A DNA stretch of 47,365 nt from Trichomonas gallinae. Its lineage: Eukaryota. The translations under genes were made by a program, and so were the position numbers. Location of the stretch: the NCBI GenBank assembly GCA_008369845.1, contig MRSU01009225.1:1-47365 (forward strand), read 5' to 3'. Shown piece by piece: positions 31,291-41,348 of the stretch (positions are counted from its first letter, which is position 1; each line of letters begins with the position of its first letter). Below the pieces are notes generated by a model. That model saw only the letters and a program-made list of their open reading frames with translations. It ran no database searches and had not been told where the DNA came from.

Positions 31291-33687
31291 ATGTCGCAAA
31301 GCTTTCCTTTTATATCTGGAAAAATGGAAAGCTACAGTTCCATTTTTTCCATTAAAACTAACCCTGTTAGCATGTATATAGCTCTCCTATCGCAGGAAGA
31401 GTTGATTATTTGCGATTCTTCTCAATACGGATGTAAAGAAATCACTAGATATTCAAGAACAAACGAATTACAGCTCAAATATGGCCCTAACTACTGGGTA
31501 CAATGGATTGATAAGACATGCATAGCCTGGGGAACATGTTCTGGCATTGTTTTCATATCTAATCTTACAGAAAATGGCCTCGAAGAGCCAAAAATATATA
31601 ATTTGGATATTCCAATAACAACTACATTCTCCGCTTACGGCTATTTAGCGATTTGCCAATCAAATTCAACAATTCAATTTATCGATCGCGAAGGAAAACA
31701 AATTTCTGAATTAAATCTCGAAAAAGGCGTTACAAAATTCAAGTCTCCGAAGTTTGCATATCCGAGAAACTTTTCCGCAGTTTTGGGCGGATCGCCATTT
31801 GTTGCTTTTCTCGATGAATCAGCAATATTGCACAAATCTCCTTTCCTCTACAGGTTTGAAGATGAAAATCATGCAACAATGTCATCATTCATTCCGCAAC
31901 GAAATGGATTGGCTTTTGCTCTTGATAATAACTCAGTTTATGTTATGATTCTTAACAAGCTCGATAAAAGTCGTATTAAAATCACTGATCCACGTCCACA
32001 AAAGATCGTCAAACTTGAATGGTCAAAGAATTCCTACAATCTTTACATTATATACGCAGATGGATTGTTTACAATATTTTATCCGGATGTAGCATCATTA
32101 TGTTCAGTTATGATCCCAGAATTAGCAGGAGCCATTGATATCGATATCGATCCATTCTCCCAGCAGATATTTTACACAACATTTGACAGAACTGGAGTCA
32201 TATACATTGCTGAATCGAATAGAAACGTCTTTTTCACACCAGAAAACGTTTATTCCTTTATAACAAGGAAGTATCTCACAAATCCAACCAATATTCCACC
32301 AGAACTCTTCCCAATCAGATTTGCTACAACACTTGACCAGAATACTTTCGTTGCGGCCAACTCAGGAGGCTTTTGTTTGATTAAATCTGATGAATCAGTT
32401 TCGAAATTCGTTAAAACCACAGTCAAAAACATTTCTTTCATCGACAAATACCTTGTTGTATTCAGCGAACGCCATGATGACTGGTATACAGCCTCTGTTT
32501 ACAATTTAGACCTTAAAATTGTAACAACTTTCGAAATCAATCACATTCCACTAACAATATCCGTCTATGACAACACAATGATCGTTGGATGCCAGACACA
32601 CATGACTAAAGTAACAATTACAACAGAAAACTCTCCAATTCCGCTCGACGATAAATTTATTACACTGGAGAAGACAGAAGTCGCAAAAACTCCACGAAAC
32701 ATTCTTACTTTCGGCGAAAATATCATCATACAAAATAATGATAGGAATTGTTCTTATTTATCTGGCCTTCCGCTCGCCAAAAACATCAGGTACTGCTGGA
32801 CAACGAGAGACCCTGATGTTGCAGTCCTCCAGTCAACCGACAAAGTTTATTTATTGTTCAGAGGAATTTTATTCACGTTCAGTGGCGTCGTTTTATTCAA
32901 CGATAACGCTAGATTATACTACCTCGCTAACACAATGAACTTCCAGTCAGTCCAATTGATAGAAAGACTTTACACACCTTATTTTATTATTCGTTTCTAC
33001 AATGATCCTTCGATTTACCAATATTTCTACAAACTATATACAGGCACTAAAACGCTAATTGACGTATTTTCCAATGTTTTGCTTCTATCTATAACCAAAG
33101 AGTGCCATCAGGAAGTTGTCATAAACTGCGTCAACATTCTCACTGACATTGAACTCGCGAATGTTATAATACCAACCTTCTACGCAATGAGGATGCCTGA
33201 TAAACTTAACTTCATGAAATTCAAAATTATTCCTTGGAGGCGCGTTTTCAAATATATGCCAGCTTCAGAGCAGGCTAAATTAATAACTAACGTTGATCCA
33301 TGTGATTTGCAAAATTTCGTTGAAGATATTTCGCCATTAAATAATTACGATGATGTTGTCAAAGGAGTTTTGGCATATTCAGCACTAGTTCCAGCTTATT
33401 TCGTCATACGCAATGGTGACAAAGACTACGCAAAATATATTCAAAATCTTTCAGCCACTGTTACATCATGGAGCCTTAACTACGACAAAACTAGATACCC
33501 TAAACAAGAATTTAATGAAATTATCAAAGATCTCGAGAAAGCTGCTGAATTAGTTAAAAATTATGCACTTTTGTTTGCTATCTATCTTGTAATGAATGAT
33601 CCAAGGGCTTCAGAAATCGAAGCAAACCATCCTGAGCTGAAAGAAGATATTGATCGAGCAAGAGCAAATTATTCTAAAACGAAATGA
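31291..33687 (+). CDS. RIC1-like beta-propeller plus helical protein (putative Rab6 GEF subunit)
   Basis: N-terminal RTNELQLKYGPNYWVQWIDKTCIAWGTCSGIVF resembles the RIC1 N-terminus; beta-rich first ~560 aa, helical remainder. The CDS is solid but the family call is tentative. Confidence 0.55.
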   Translation: MSQSFPFISGKMESYSSIFSIKTNPVSMYIALLSQEELIICDSSQYGCKEITRYSRTNELQLKYGPNYWVQWIDKTCIAWGTCSGIVFISNLTENGLEEPKIYNLDIPITTTFSAYGYLAICQSNSTIQFIDREGKQISELNLEKGVTKFKSPKFAYPRNFSAVLGGSPFVAFLDESAILHKSPFLYRFEDENHATMSSFIPQRNGLAFALDNNSVYVMILNKLDKSRIKITDPRPQKIVKLEWSKNSYNLYIIYADGLFTIFYPDVASLCSVMIPELAGAIDIDIDPFSQQIFYTTFDRTGVIYIAESNRNVFFTPENVYSFITRKYLTNPTNIPPELFPIRFATTLDQNTFVAANSGGFCLIKSDESVSKFVKTTVKNISFIDKYLVVFSERHDDWYTASVYNLDLKIVTTFEINHIPLTISVYDNTMIVGCQTHMTKVTITTENSPIPLDDKFITLEKTEVAKTPRNILTFGENIIIQNNDRNCSYLSGLPLAKNIRYCWTTRDPDVAVLQSTDKVYLLFRGILFTFSGVVLFNDNARLYYLANTMNFQSVQLIERLYTPYFIIRFYNDPSIYQYFYKLYTGTKTLIDVFSNVLLLSITKECHQEVVINCVNILTDIELANVIIPTFYAMRMPDKLNFMKFKIIPWRRVFKYMPASEQAKLITNVDPCDLQNFVEDISPLNNYDDVVKGVLAYSALVPAYFVIRNGDKDYAKYIQNLSATVTSWSLNYDKTRYPKQEFNEIIKDLEKAAELVKNYALLFAIYLVMNDPRASEIEANHPELKEDIDRARANYSKTK

Positions 33688-34066
33688 GAAATCTGTATTT
33701 TTATTTGTTAAAATGTATTCTAAATATATATTAATATTACTTATCTTAAGACTCCACTTTAATCCAATTCAATTTCGCTTTTTTTAGTTTTCTAAGAGTA
33801 AAAGTTTAATATTAAGACTTTAAAGTATAATAGTATATATATGTATGAATGATGAGACTGGAACTTTATTACAAATTGATTATTTTTTCAAATTTATAAT
33901 ATTTTCATAAGAAATGTTGTATTTCATTCACGTTATCGATGCTCTAAACTAATTTAATCAGTAAAATTGTATCAATTTTGGGAAATCAAAATTCATTAAA
34001 AATAATGTTTTGGCAGGAGGCTACCAAGGTAATTTTATATTACAGAAATGCTTACAGTTTAAAAGC

Positions 34067-34597
34067 TTACAATCCGTTGTGAGCCATGTAGAGAGCATCA
34101 CGAAGGATTGTGAGATTCTTGATGGCTAAGCCCTTAGCACCCTTAACTTCCTCAGAAGAAATTTCAGCCTGGCCAATCATGAATGGCTGATCGCAATCGA
34201 GGAGATGAACCTGAATAATTGCACCCTTTGCGAATTCCTTCGGAACCATCTTAATGCCTGGAGCCATGAGATCAGCACCTCTAAGCAAGGCCTTGACAGC
34301 GCCCTCATCGACGTAGACAACTGGGAGAAGTCCTGGATAATCAATAGCTGTTCTGAGCATTGGGAAAACATCACCTGTTCCGAGTTCGACTAAAACTGGC
34401 TTGTTGTCGACAGCATAGAGTTTAAGGTGCTGTTCAATGGAGTAAACAATGACTGGTGTCTTCTTCGGGAAGAGCTCGTCCATGATTCCCTCAATGAGAG
34501 GCATCTCCTTGATAGCCTGGTTCTTCAGCTTGGTGAGAAGGTTGCTCTTTAATGTTGTATGCTTCTTTAGTTTTTCAGCTGGAAGTTTCTGAAACAT
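34067..34597 (-). CDS. MCTS1: MCT-1/Tma20 PUA-domain translation reinitiation/recycling factor
   Basis: MFQK...FPKK...FPMLR...YP..LPVVYVDEGAVKALLRGADLMAPGI...KGLAIKNLTILRDALY. Start moved to ATG 34597. Confidence 0.9.
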   Translation of the reverse strand: MFQKLPAEKLKKHTTLKSNLLTKLKNQAIKEMPLIEGIMDELFPKKTPVIVYSIEQHLKLYAVDNKPVLVELGTGDVFPMLRTAIDYPGLLPVVYVDEGAVKALLRGADLMAPGIKMVPKEFAKGAIIQVHLLDCDQPFMIGQAEISSEEVKGAKGLAIKNLTILRDALYMAHNGL

Positions 34598-34766
34598 TCT
34601 AAATAAATTTTTTTTTTGGCCATCTACTGATTTTTTTATTTTTGTTTTTTGGCTTGAGATTCCTTCATGTTTTTGCATTTACTATAATATTACTCGATTT
34701 CGTTTTGATTTTATTGAGTTTTTAAAAATACCAAATATAAAAATCAAGACTTATAACATATCTAAT

Positions 34767-34995
34767 CATAATATAATGTGTTTCATCAGCTTAAATAGTG
34801 TTTTATCTTATGCTAAGTTGACAAAACCTATAATAAATCCTCAAGAATAAATTTTATGCGATAAAAAGGTAGTCATGAGCATAATATTATGCATTTCATC
34901 AGCTTAAATAATGTTTCGTCTTATGCTAAGTTGTTAAAACCAATAAAAAATTATCAAGAAATAAAATTATGCTACAAAAAGGCAATCTTGATCAT
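34767..34995. repeat. Tandem duplication, 113-bp unit, 2 copies
   Basis: CATAATAT at 34767 and 34880; shared TTTCATCAGCTTAAATA, TCTTATGCTAAGTTG, TCAAGAA, TTATGC and AAAAAGG. Confidence 0.88.
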
Positions 34996-35673
34996 ATATC
35001 AATAAATTTCAATATGATTAAAAGTATGAAATATGTGATATGCCATAATCTTACATATCAATTTATATTCAAAGTTAATATTGTGATGTTTTAACATCGG
35101 GAGTAGTTATTTGGGGTGTAATCGTATGCTTATGAATATACAATTAGTGATTCGTTAAAATTTAGATAACTATGAAAAAATAGAAAATATTATGCTAAAC
35201 GCATGAATATTTTTGTAACAAGACCACAGCAGATTCGCGTAATTTTTCATAACATTAGCAAATATCAAGTATAAAGCGTAAGATTAATTAACGTGTGGAT
35301 TCGAAGAATAAATTGAATTCAAAAATTGATGAAAATAGCCTATTATTATGATTTAGTTGTGTTAATTGTCCCCATAAGTAAGCATATTTCATAAGCAAAT
35401 TTCTTAACTCTTTGTCTAAATAAGAGATAATTCATAACTCGAAAAACATAAAGGCAAACCACCCTAATTAATGAGGGATAATGACAAATAAGCTAAATAT
35501 ATATGATATTATTAGATTTATATTGGATTTACTACTATTGTTGCTTGGAAGATATCTACGATGGAAAAATTTTGTATAGCAAATATCGCTCGCAATTATA
35601 ATACAAACAGAGTAAAGTATTTAATAATAACAATAAACGCCGTATAAACATAAAAACATACAAGTCTAAAAAC

Positions 35674-35928
35674 TTAGAAGACGGAGATGTACTGCTGTGT
35701 CAGTCTTAATGGACCTACTGGAGAAGTAACTGGGCTCTCATTATAAGAGAAGCCTGTAGAGATAGACTTCTGGTGGTAGGTCATTGGGTGGAACTGATGG
35801 CAGCATGGATTTTGTGGTCTTGGGAGAGAACGAGCGATTTCTACTGGAGATTTATTGAAGACGCCGAAGAAGGTGTTTCCATTTTCACCAATTTCTTCAT
35901 CTTCAACAGCCAACCATGGATTCTCCAT
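35674..35928 (-). CDS. Small hypothetical protein (84 aa, S/T-P rich)
   Basis: GC-elevated ORF within AT-rich flanks; Inr TCATTT at 35933-35938, immediately upstream of the ATG; many C-ending codons (TTC, TAC, ATC, GTC). Confidence 0.7.
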   Translation of the reverse strand: MENPWLAVEDEEIGENGNTFFGVFNKSPVEIARSLPRPQNPCCHQFHPMTYHQKSISTGFSYNESPVTSPVGPLRLTQQYISVF

Positions 35929-37458
35929 AAGAAAATGATTTGATAAGGAAAAACAACCGCAAAATTTAGGCTGAAATTTTGAGAGAAAGTAACCGCCATA
36001 AATTGTGTCACTTTTATGGATTTTAAGCCATAATAGTTATACATACTATAATTAGCAATATTAATTGAGACTAAATCTTCGTAAACTATTCAAAACTTTT
36101 TATTCAGAGTTTTCAATTTCACAAAAATCGCGAATAATGATCATATTTGTATTTTTAGTAATTCTTTTCAAATTAAAAATTTTTGACAGAAAATTTTTTA
36201 ACTCTTTCAAAAGTGAAAATTTCATATAATCGAATTTTTTAGTGAAAACAGACCTTTAATCGATAAATATGGGTACGAAGAATTTTTCTTAAATTGAATA
36301 AATCCAATAAATTTTTTTTAAATGAAAGCAATAAGAATTTATTTCGTTGATTTTTTTACAGATTCTTGCTTTATATACTATGTTGATGGCCTACTAGTGT
36401 TTAAATAATCGTATTCAAAATAAATATGTTTCAAAAAAACGTTTATCAATTTTTTTACTTGTGAAAAAATATAACATTTCATATCATGATGACATATCTA
36501 ATAAAAATTTTTTGAATCAATCATTCTCAATCCAATTCATCCAAATTTTTGGATATTCGTACTTTTTATCATATTTTAGATGTGTTCATTTTCTGCTTTC
36601 AAATTTAAATGGAAAAAATTGAATCAACAAAATTTTTATGGCAAAAACGTGTTTATCTGATTTTATTTGATATACATGATCTTTATTAGATCTAGTAATA
36701 GGAAATGAGCGAATAATCCCATTGTGATAGCACACAGTCAAACAATGTTTGGCTGGGCTCCAAATTTTGGCATTATGCATATCTATTGTTTTGCAATCTG
36801 TATCTACTAAAATTATTGAATAATTTTCAACTTGTCAAAATTTTTCGAAAAAAAAAGTCATGGGAACATTGGAATCTTTATTAGCATCCAAAGGTTGTGA
36901 TATTTAGTGTTGAATTAGAAGTTATACAGACTTGTTCTTTATGTTATATTGTTCAATCTTATTCTTCCATCCTTGAAATATTTCGATTATAATTGTCTCA
37001 GTTTACTGTTTATAGTATATCTATCATATTTATTTCATTATACCTTGATAATATTGCTTTTCATGCGTAAATTTAATTCAATATCAACAATTTTTGGAGA
37101 TATATACTCCATCTCGCTTCATAATACTTTAAATCCATTTATATAAGCTATATATTGATCAGAACGAGTCTGCACGCGTTCAAACACGAACATTCCGACA
37201 AAACTAACAACACTTTGTAACAAGACAGGAGCTATCCATTTTTAACACATTTGTATTCAATACATTGTATCCTCCAATGGATAATAACATATAATTGGGA
37301 TAAAAAAAAATTATATAAGTTGTTATAGAATTGTTGCTTATCAGTCAAATAGAAAGATTCTTTGCACGATTAAAAAAATATTACATGTATGTTTTATAAC
37401 TAATAATATTGATATTTGATTATCTAATGGTATATTACAATAGAATTTAAATAAAATT

Positions 37459-38448
37459 TTGTCATCATCTTCTGCAGTCAATGTATATAACTTCAGTTAT
37501 AAAGGAATTGTTCAAAATATTACCTTAGCTCCTGGTGTATACCGCTTTGAAGTATGGGGAGCCAGAGGTGGAGATGGACATTTTTATCAAAATGGTGCTC
37601 GAAGTTATGGAGGAAATGGTGGGTATTCACGTGGTGAAGTTTCTTTAATAAGAGAAACCCAAGCTTTTATTTATGTTGGTGAAAAAGGAAAGAGTGTAGC
37701 ATCCGAATCACCTGTTTATGGTGGTTTCAATGGTGGAGGCGATAATTATGACTACAGAGTAGATTTTGAAAAATCATCTGGCGGAGGGGCAACTGACATT
37801 CGTTTAAATGGCAATTCTCTCTATCATCGAATAATTGTGGCTGGTGGGGGAGGTGGTGCGAATGGAGCTGGCTCAGGAGGCCCAGGAAATGGAGGGGCAG
37901 GAGGTGGTCTAAATGGGCTGAAAGGCGCTGGTCATCCTGATCCTGAGTATTCAAAAACAGATGGATTAGGTGGGACTCAAAAAGAAGGTGGGAAAATGGG
38001 ATCATGGTTTAAAGATCAAAATATGGCTACGTTTCCTTATGGTAGGTTTGGTAGAGGTGGTGATGTTGCAGGATATGGCATAATGGGTGGCCCAGGTGGA
38101 GGTGGTTGGTATGGTGGGGCAGCAGGAAATTATTATGGTGGCTCGGGTGGAGGTGGGTCTGGATTTGTTTATAATGGCTCTTCTTTGTCTTCGTTGCCTT
38201 CCGAATATCAACTGACTAGAATCTACATGTTTTATGACGCAGACACCATATCAGGGGATAAGAATTTCCTTAGTCCAGAAGGGAAGATTGTCACCGGAAA
38301 TGCAAGTGATGGTTTTGCTCGAATTACGCGACTATATAGTGTAAGGGATCCATATCTATTTGTATCATGTGATACAAAACAGGATTTAAGGCATATCTTT
38401 ATCCTTTTTATTTTTGGAACTTCAATGAATAAACATGATAATTTATGA
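37459..38448 (+). pseudogene. Glycine-rich (ALK/LTK-type Gly-rich domain; 'loricrin/PE-PGRS-like') protein lacking a usable ATG
   Basis: LAPGVYRFEVWGARGG...GGNGGYSRG...GGFNGGG...SGGGATDIR...LYHRIIVAGGGGG...GGGGWYGG...GGGGSGF...GFARIT. The frame opens after TAG at 37441 (and TGA at 37417); the first in-frame ATG is far inside the domain. Confidence 0.7.
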
Positions 38449-38818
38449 TTTTAATTTTTTCCATTATTTTTTATTTAACTCTTAATTCGATTGTTGTTTG
38501 ATGTATTTCATTGTGTTCAATTGTGCAACGGATCAATTAATGAGCACTATATTATTTTGGGATTGTGAAGGTGAGAATTTCAATTCATATACACTCTATA
38601 TTAACTTTCTCTGTGTATGAAAATGATTTTTTCAATGCAAAGTATATCATCTCATTTTATGATATTGAAGAAGAATTAAATTTGACTTTTATCTATAAGA
38701 TAATAAGTCATTATATAAGGTCTGTGTGTTATAAAAACTACAACTTATATATAGAAATACATGGATAAATAAATTTATATATAAATAAAATAAACATAAT
38801 ATTAAAAATATTAGGCTA

Positions 38819-40732
38819 TTACTTGACTCCCCTCAAGGAATCATAACCTTCGTACTCATTGATTGGAACGACTGGTTTCAAGTTAATTCCTGGTCTATTC
38901 AAGTCAATTTTGGGGAGTTCCAATACCTCAGGTAGTGGAGGCACATTAATGATTGTAGCGGCTCTAGTTCTTGCCTTGACTTTGACAACTTCGGCTACAT
39001 TTATAGCTGACACATCCATTTGCGTCAGACTGTTTGGAGGTGAGATAGATTTGATCCTTGGTGGTAACTGGAAGGTGTCATTGCTTCCTCTCATGAAAGG
39101 AGGAAGAACTGCTGGCAAAACTCCGATTGGCGGCTTTATTTCCTTAAGAGAGTCACTCAGAGACTGATCAGAAGACGATATAGACAGCTCTGATTCTGAA
39201 CGCTGTAAAGGAGGCTTGGAATATACTCGTGAATTAATTGGAGATAAATTTGGTTTTAAAGCTACAGGAGAAGTTGATTCGAACTTAAGATTCATAGGTG
39301 GTGTTATAGAATTGAGTGGCGATGGGATATTATTCAAGTAAGGAGGAGTATTTGAGGAATTATCGTTTTCTAAAGCTGCATCAGGCAAATTGACGTTTGG
39401 AATATCATTAGATACATTAGAAGATAGTGAGCTGCTCACAGGCGAAATGAAAACTCCTGAATTTACTGGAGATAAATCTTCATTATTCATTCCAATTGGT
39501 GGCTCAATTGCAGGCTCATTGATTTTTATTGGAAATGGTTTCATAATTGTTCCACTTTTATATTTTGGTTGCAAATTCATTATATTTGTGCCGAAATCGT
39601 CGTTATTGTTGGGAGCTTGGAATTGTGGTAACTTCAAAGTTCCTGAATTCAAAGGAGAAATATCTTGATTAAATTGAAGACTTGTTGCTGGTTCAATATT
39701 CAAAACTAATGGCGATGTTCCATGTGGCAATGACCTTACTGGCTCTATATCTGATGAAATCGGTGGAGTAATTGGTGATGTTATCAAAATATCAGAAATT
39801 GAGTCAATATTGGCAGGTATAGGATCAGGAGGTTCAAACTGTGGTAGTGATGGTATAAAATGGAATCCTTTAAATGATTGATCTCGATCAAGAAACGGAA
39901 GAGATGAAGCAGTGTCGTTTGTCTTTGTATACGTATTTGTAAACAAGTCTAGAGAACTGTTAGTTCTAAAGGCATCTTCATTTGACTTAAATTCCGGTGG
40001 ATAAATAATATTATTGTTATTTTGAGGCTTTGGAAGGACAATATTTTGTCTTAGTGAGTCATATTTCTGCCCATCTCTATTTGTTGGTGATCTTAGTGAT
40101 GCATACGGACTATTTGGTTTAAAATCTTTAATTGGATAAGTATCTGCGGGCATTAGAAGGAATTCTGTTGTTGTTTGTGCTGGATCTGTTGTTGAAGTAA
40201 ATAATCCATCCGTTGTTGTTGTATCGAGATTAAAATCTAAAGTAGAATCGTTTGGATCAGCTTCTGTTGCAAAAGCAGATGTTCTTGTAATATGATAGTC
40301 TGTAGTAGTTGATAATGTAGTAAATTCAATATTTGAATCGGATTTATTTGCGTAGTCGTTAATGAAGTCGAATTCGCGTTTGTTTACATATATCTTTGGA
40401 TATTTCACTTCAACGGAAGAGTGTAATGTCGTTTTTTCATCTTTTAGTTCTTCAAATGATTCGGCTATTGAAAGAGCATCGCTAATTGTTGTTATAAACA
40501 AGTGTGATAGATTCTTTGCATACTTTCTAACTACATCATCACGAATTTCTGTTCTATCTTCGTCCGCACGCTGAAAAGATGCTTTTTCGAAATCAAAATA
40601 AAGGCTATCGAAAATATCTATCAACGGTGTTGGTATTTTTAGAGGATTCTGTGGTGGATATTTAGGCGGCAAAAACGGAGACTGAGGTTTTGCTAAATTT
40701 GTGAATGAATCAATCGAGAAAGTCTCGAACAT
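38819..40732 (-). CDS. Hypothetical P/S/T/N-rich, largely disordered protein (at least 637 aa)
   Basis: Long ORF with a repeated SP(L/V/I)NS motif; the frame stays open upstream of ATG 40732 (see findings). Confidence 0.8.
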   Translation of the reverse strand: MFETFSIDSFTNLAKPQSPFLPPKYPPQNPLKIPTPLIDIFDSLYFDFEKASFQRADEDRTEIRDDVVRKYAKNLSHLFITTISDALSIAESFEELKDEKTTLHSSVEVKYPKIYVNKREFDFINDYANKSDSNIEFTTLSTTTDYHITRTSAFATEADPNDSTLDFNLDTTTTDGLFTSTTDPAQTTTEFLLMPADTYPIKDFKPNSPYASLRSPTNRDGQKYDSLRQNIVLPKPQNNNNIIYPPEFKSNEDAFRTNSSLDLFTNTYTKTNDTASSLPFLDRDQSFKGFHFIPSLPQFEPPDPIPANIDSISDILITSPITPPISSDIEPVRSLPHGTSPLVLNIEPATSLQFNQDISPLNSGTLKLPQFQAPNNNDDFGTNIMNLQPKYKSGTIMKPFPIKINEPAIEPPIGMNNEDLSPVNSGVFISPVSSSLSSNVSNDIPNVNLPDAALENDNSSNTPPYLNNIPSPLNSITPPMNLKFESTSPVALKPNLSPINSRVYSKPPLQRSESELSISSSDQSLSDSLKEIKPPIGVLPAVLPPFMRGSNDTFQLPPRIKSISPPNSLTQMDVSAINVAEVVKVKARTRAATIINVPPLPEVLELPKIDLNRPGINLKPVVPINEYEGYDSLRGVK

Positions 40733-41348
40733 GGCAATGCTCTCAAGTTTGACCGAACTCGCACCAGCTTGGCGTGCTTTTCGGTCATAAGGAGGGCTTC
40801 GCCGCCGCGAAATTCCAGAAATTGTATCTATTATTTTTTTATTCGATGTGTTTAAGGTTAATTTAATGTCAAAATTTGTTTTATTTTTTTACTTCGCGCA
40901 AATATGTTTTTTGGTTTATTTTGGTGAATTTTCCAAGACAAAATTTGTCATTATTCATTTTTTTGTCTTTTCAAATCGAATACCATGTCTTTTTATTTGT
41001 TATTTCTCTTCTTATCGATATTTTCAATCTAAATCCTGAATATCAAGATCTAAAAAGACTTTAATTATGTAGTCGTAAAATTTTTAATATTTATAGGACT
41101 TGGCAGCATAACACAATGTTTTCTACAGTAATACTGATTGATTCATTAATCAAGCAAAAGACAATATTAAATTTCTATAATATTTCAAATTATTACAATG
41201 TTTCAACACTTTTATGTTGTACAAATTTATATTTTTCACATTTTTCTATATAATTTATCTTGTTAAAGAAGAGAAATGATGTAATTGATTTATCAAAACT
41301 ATTATACATGGATAGATTTTATTAACAAAATTAAAAACAAACAAAAAA

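Noticed and set aside
36586..37250. Possible decayed coding sequence on the minus strand
   Set aside because: Only short open stretches with many stops; I cannot assign a family.
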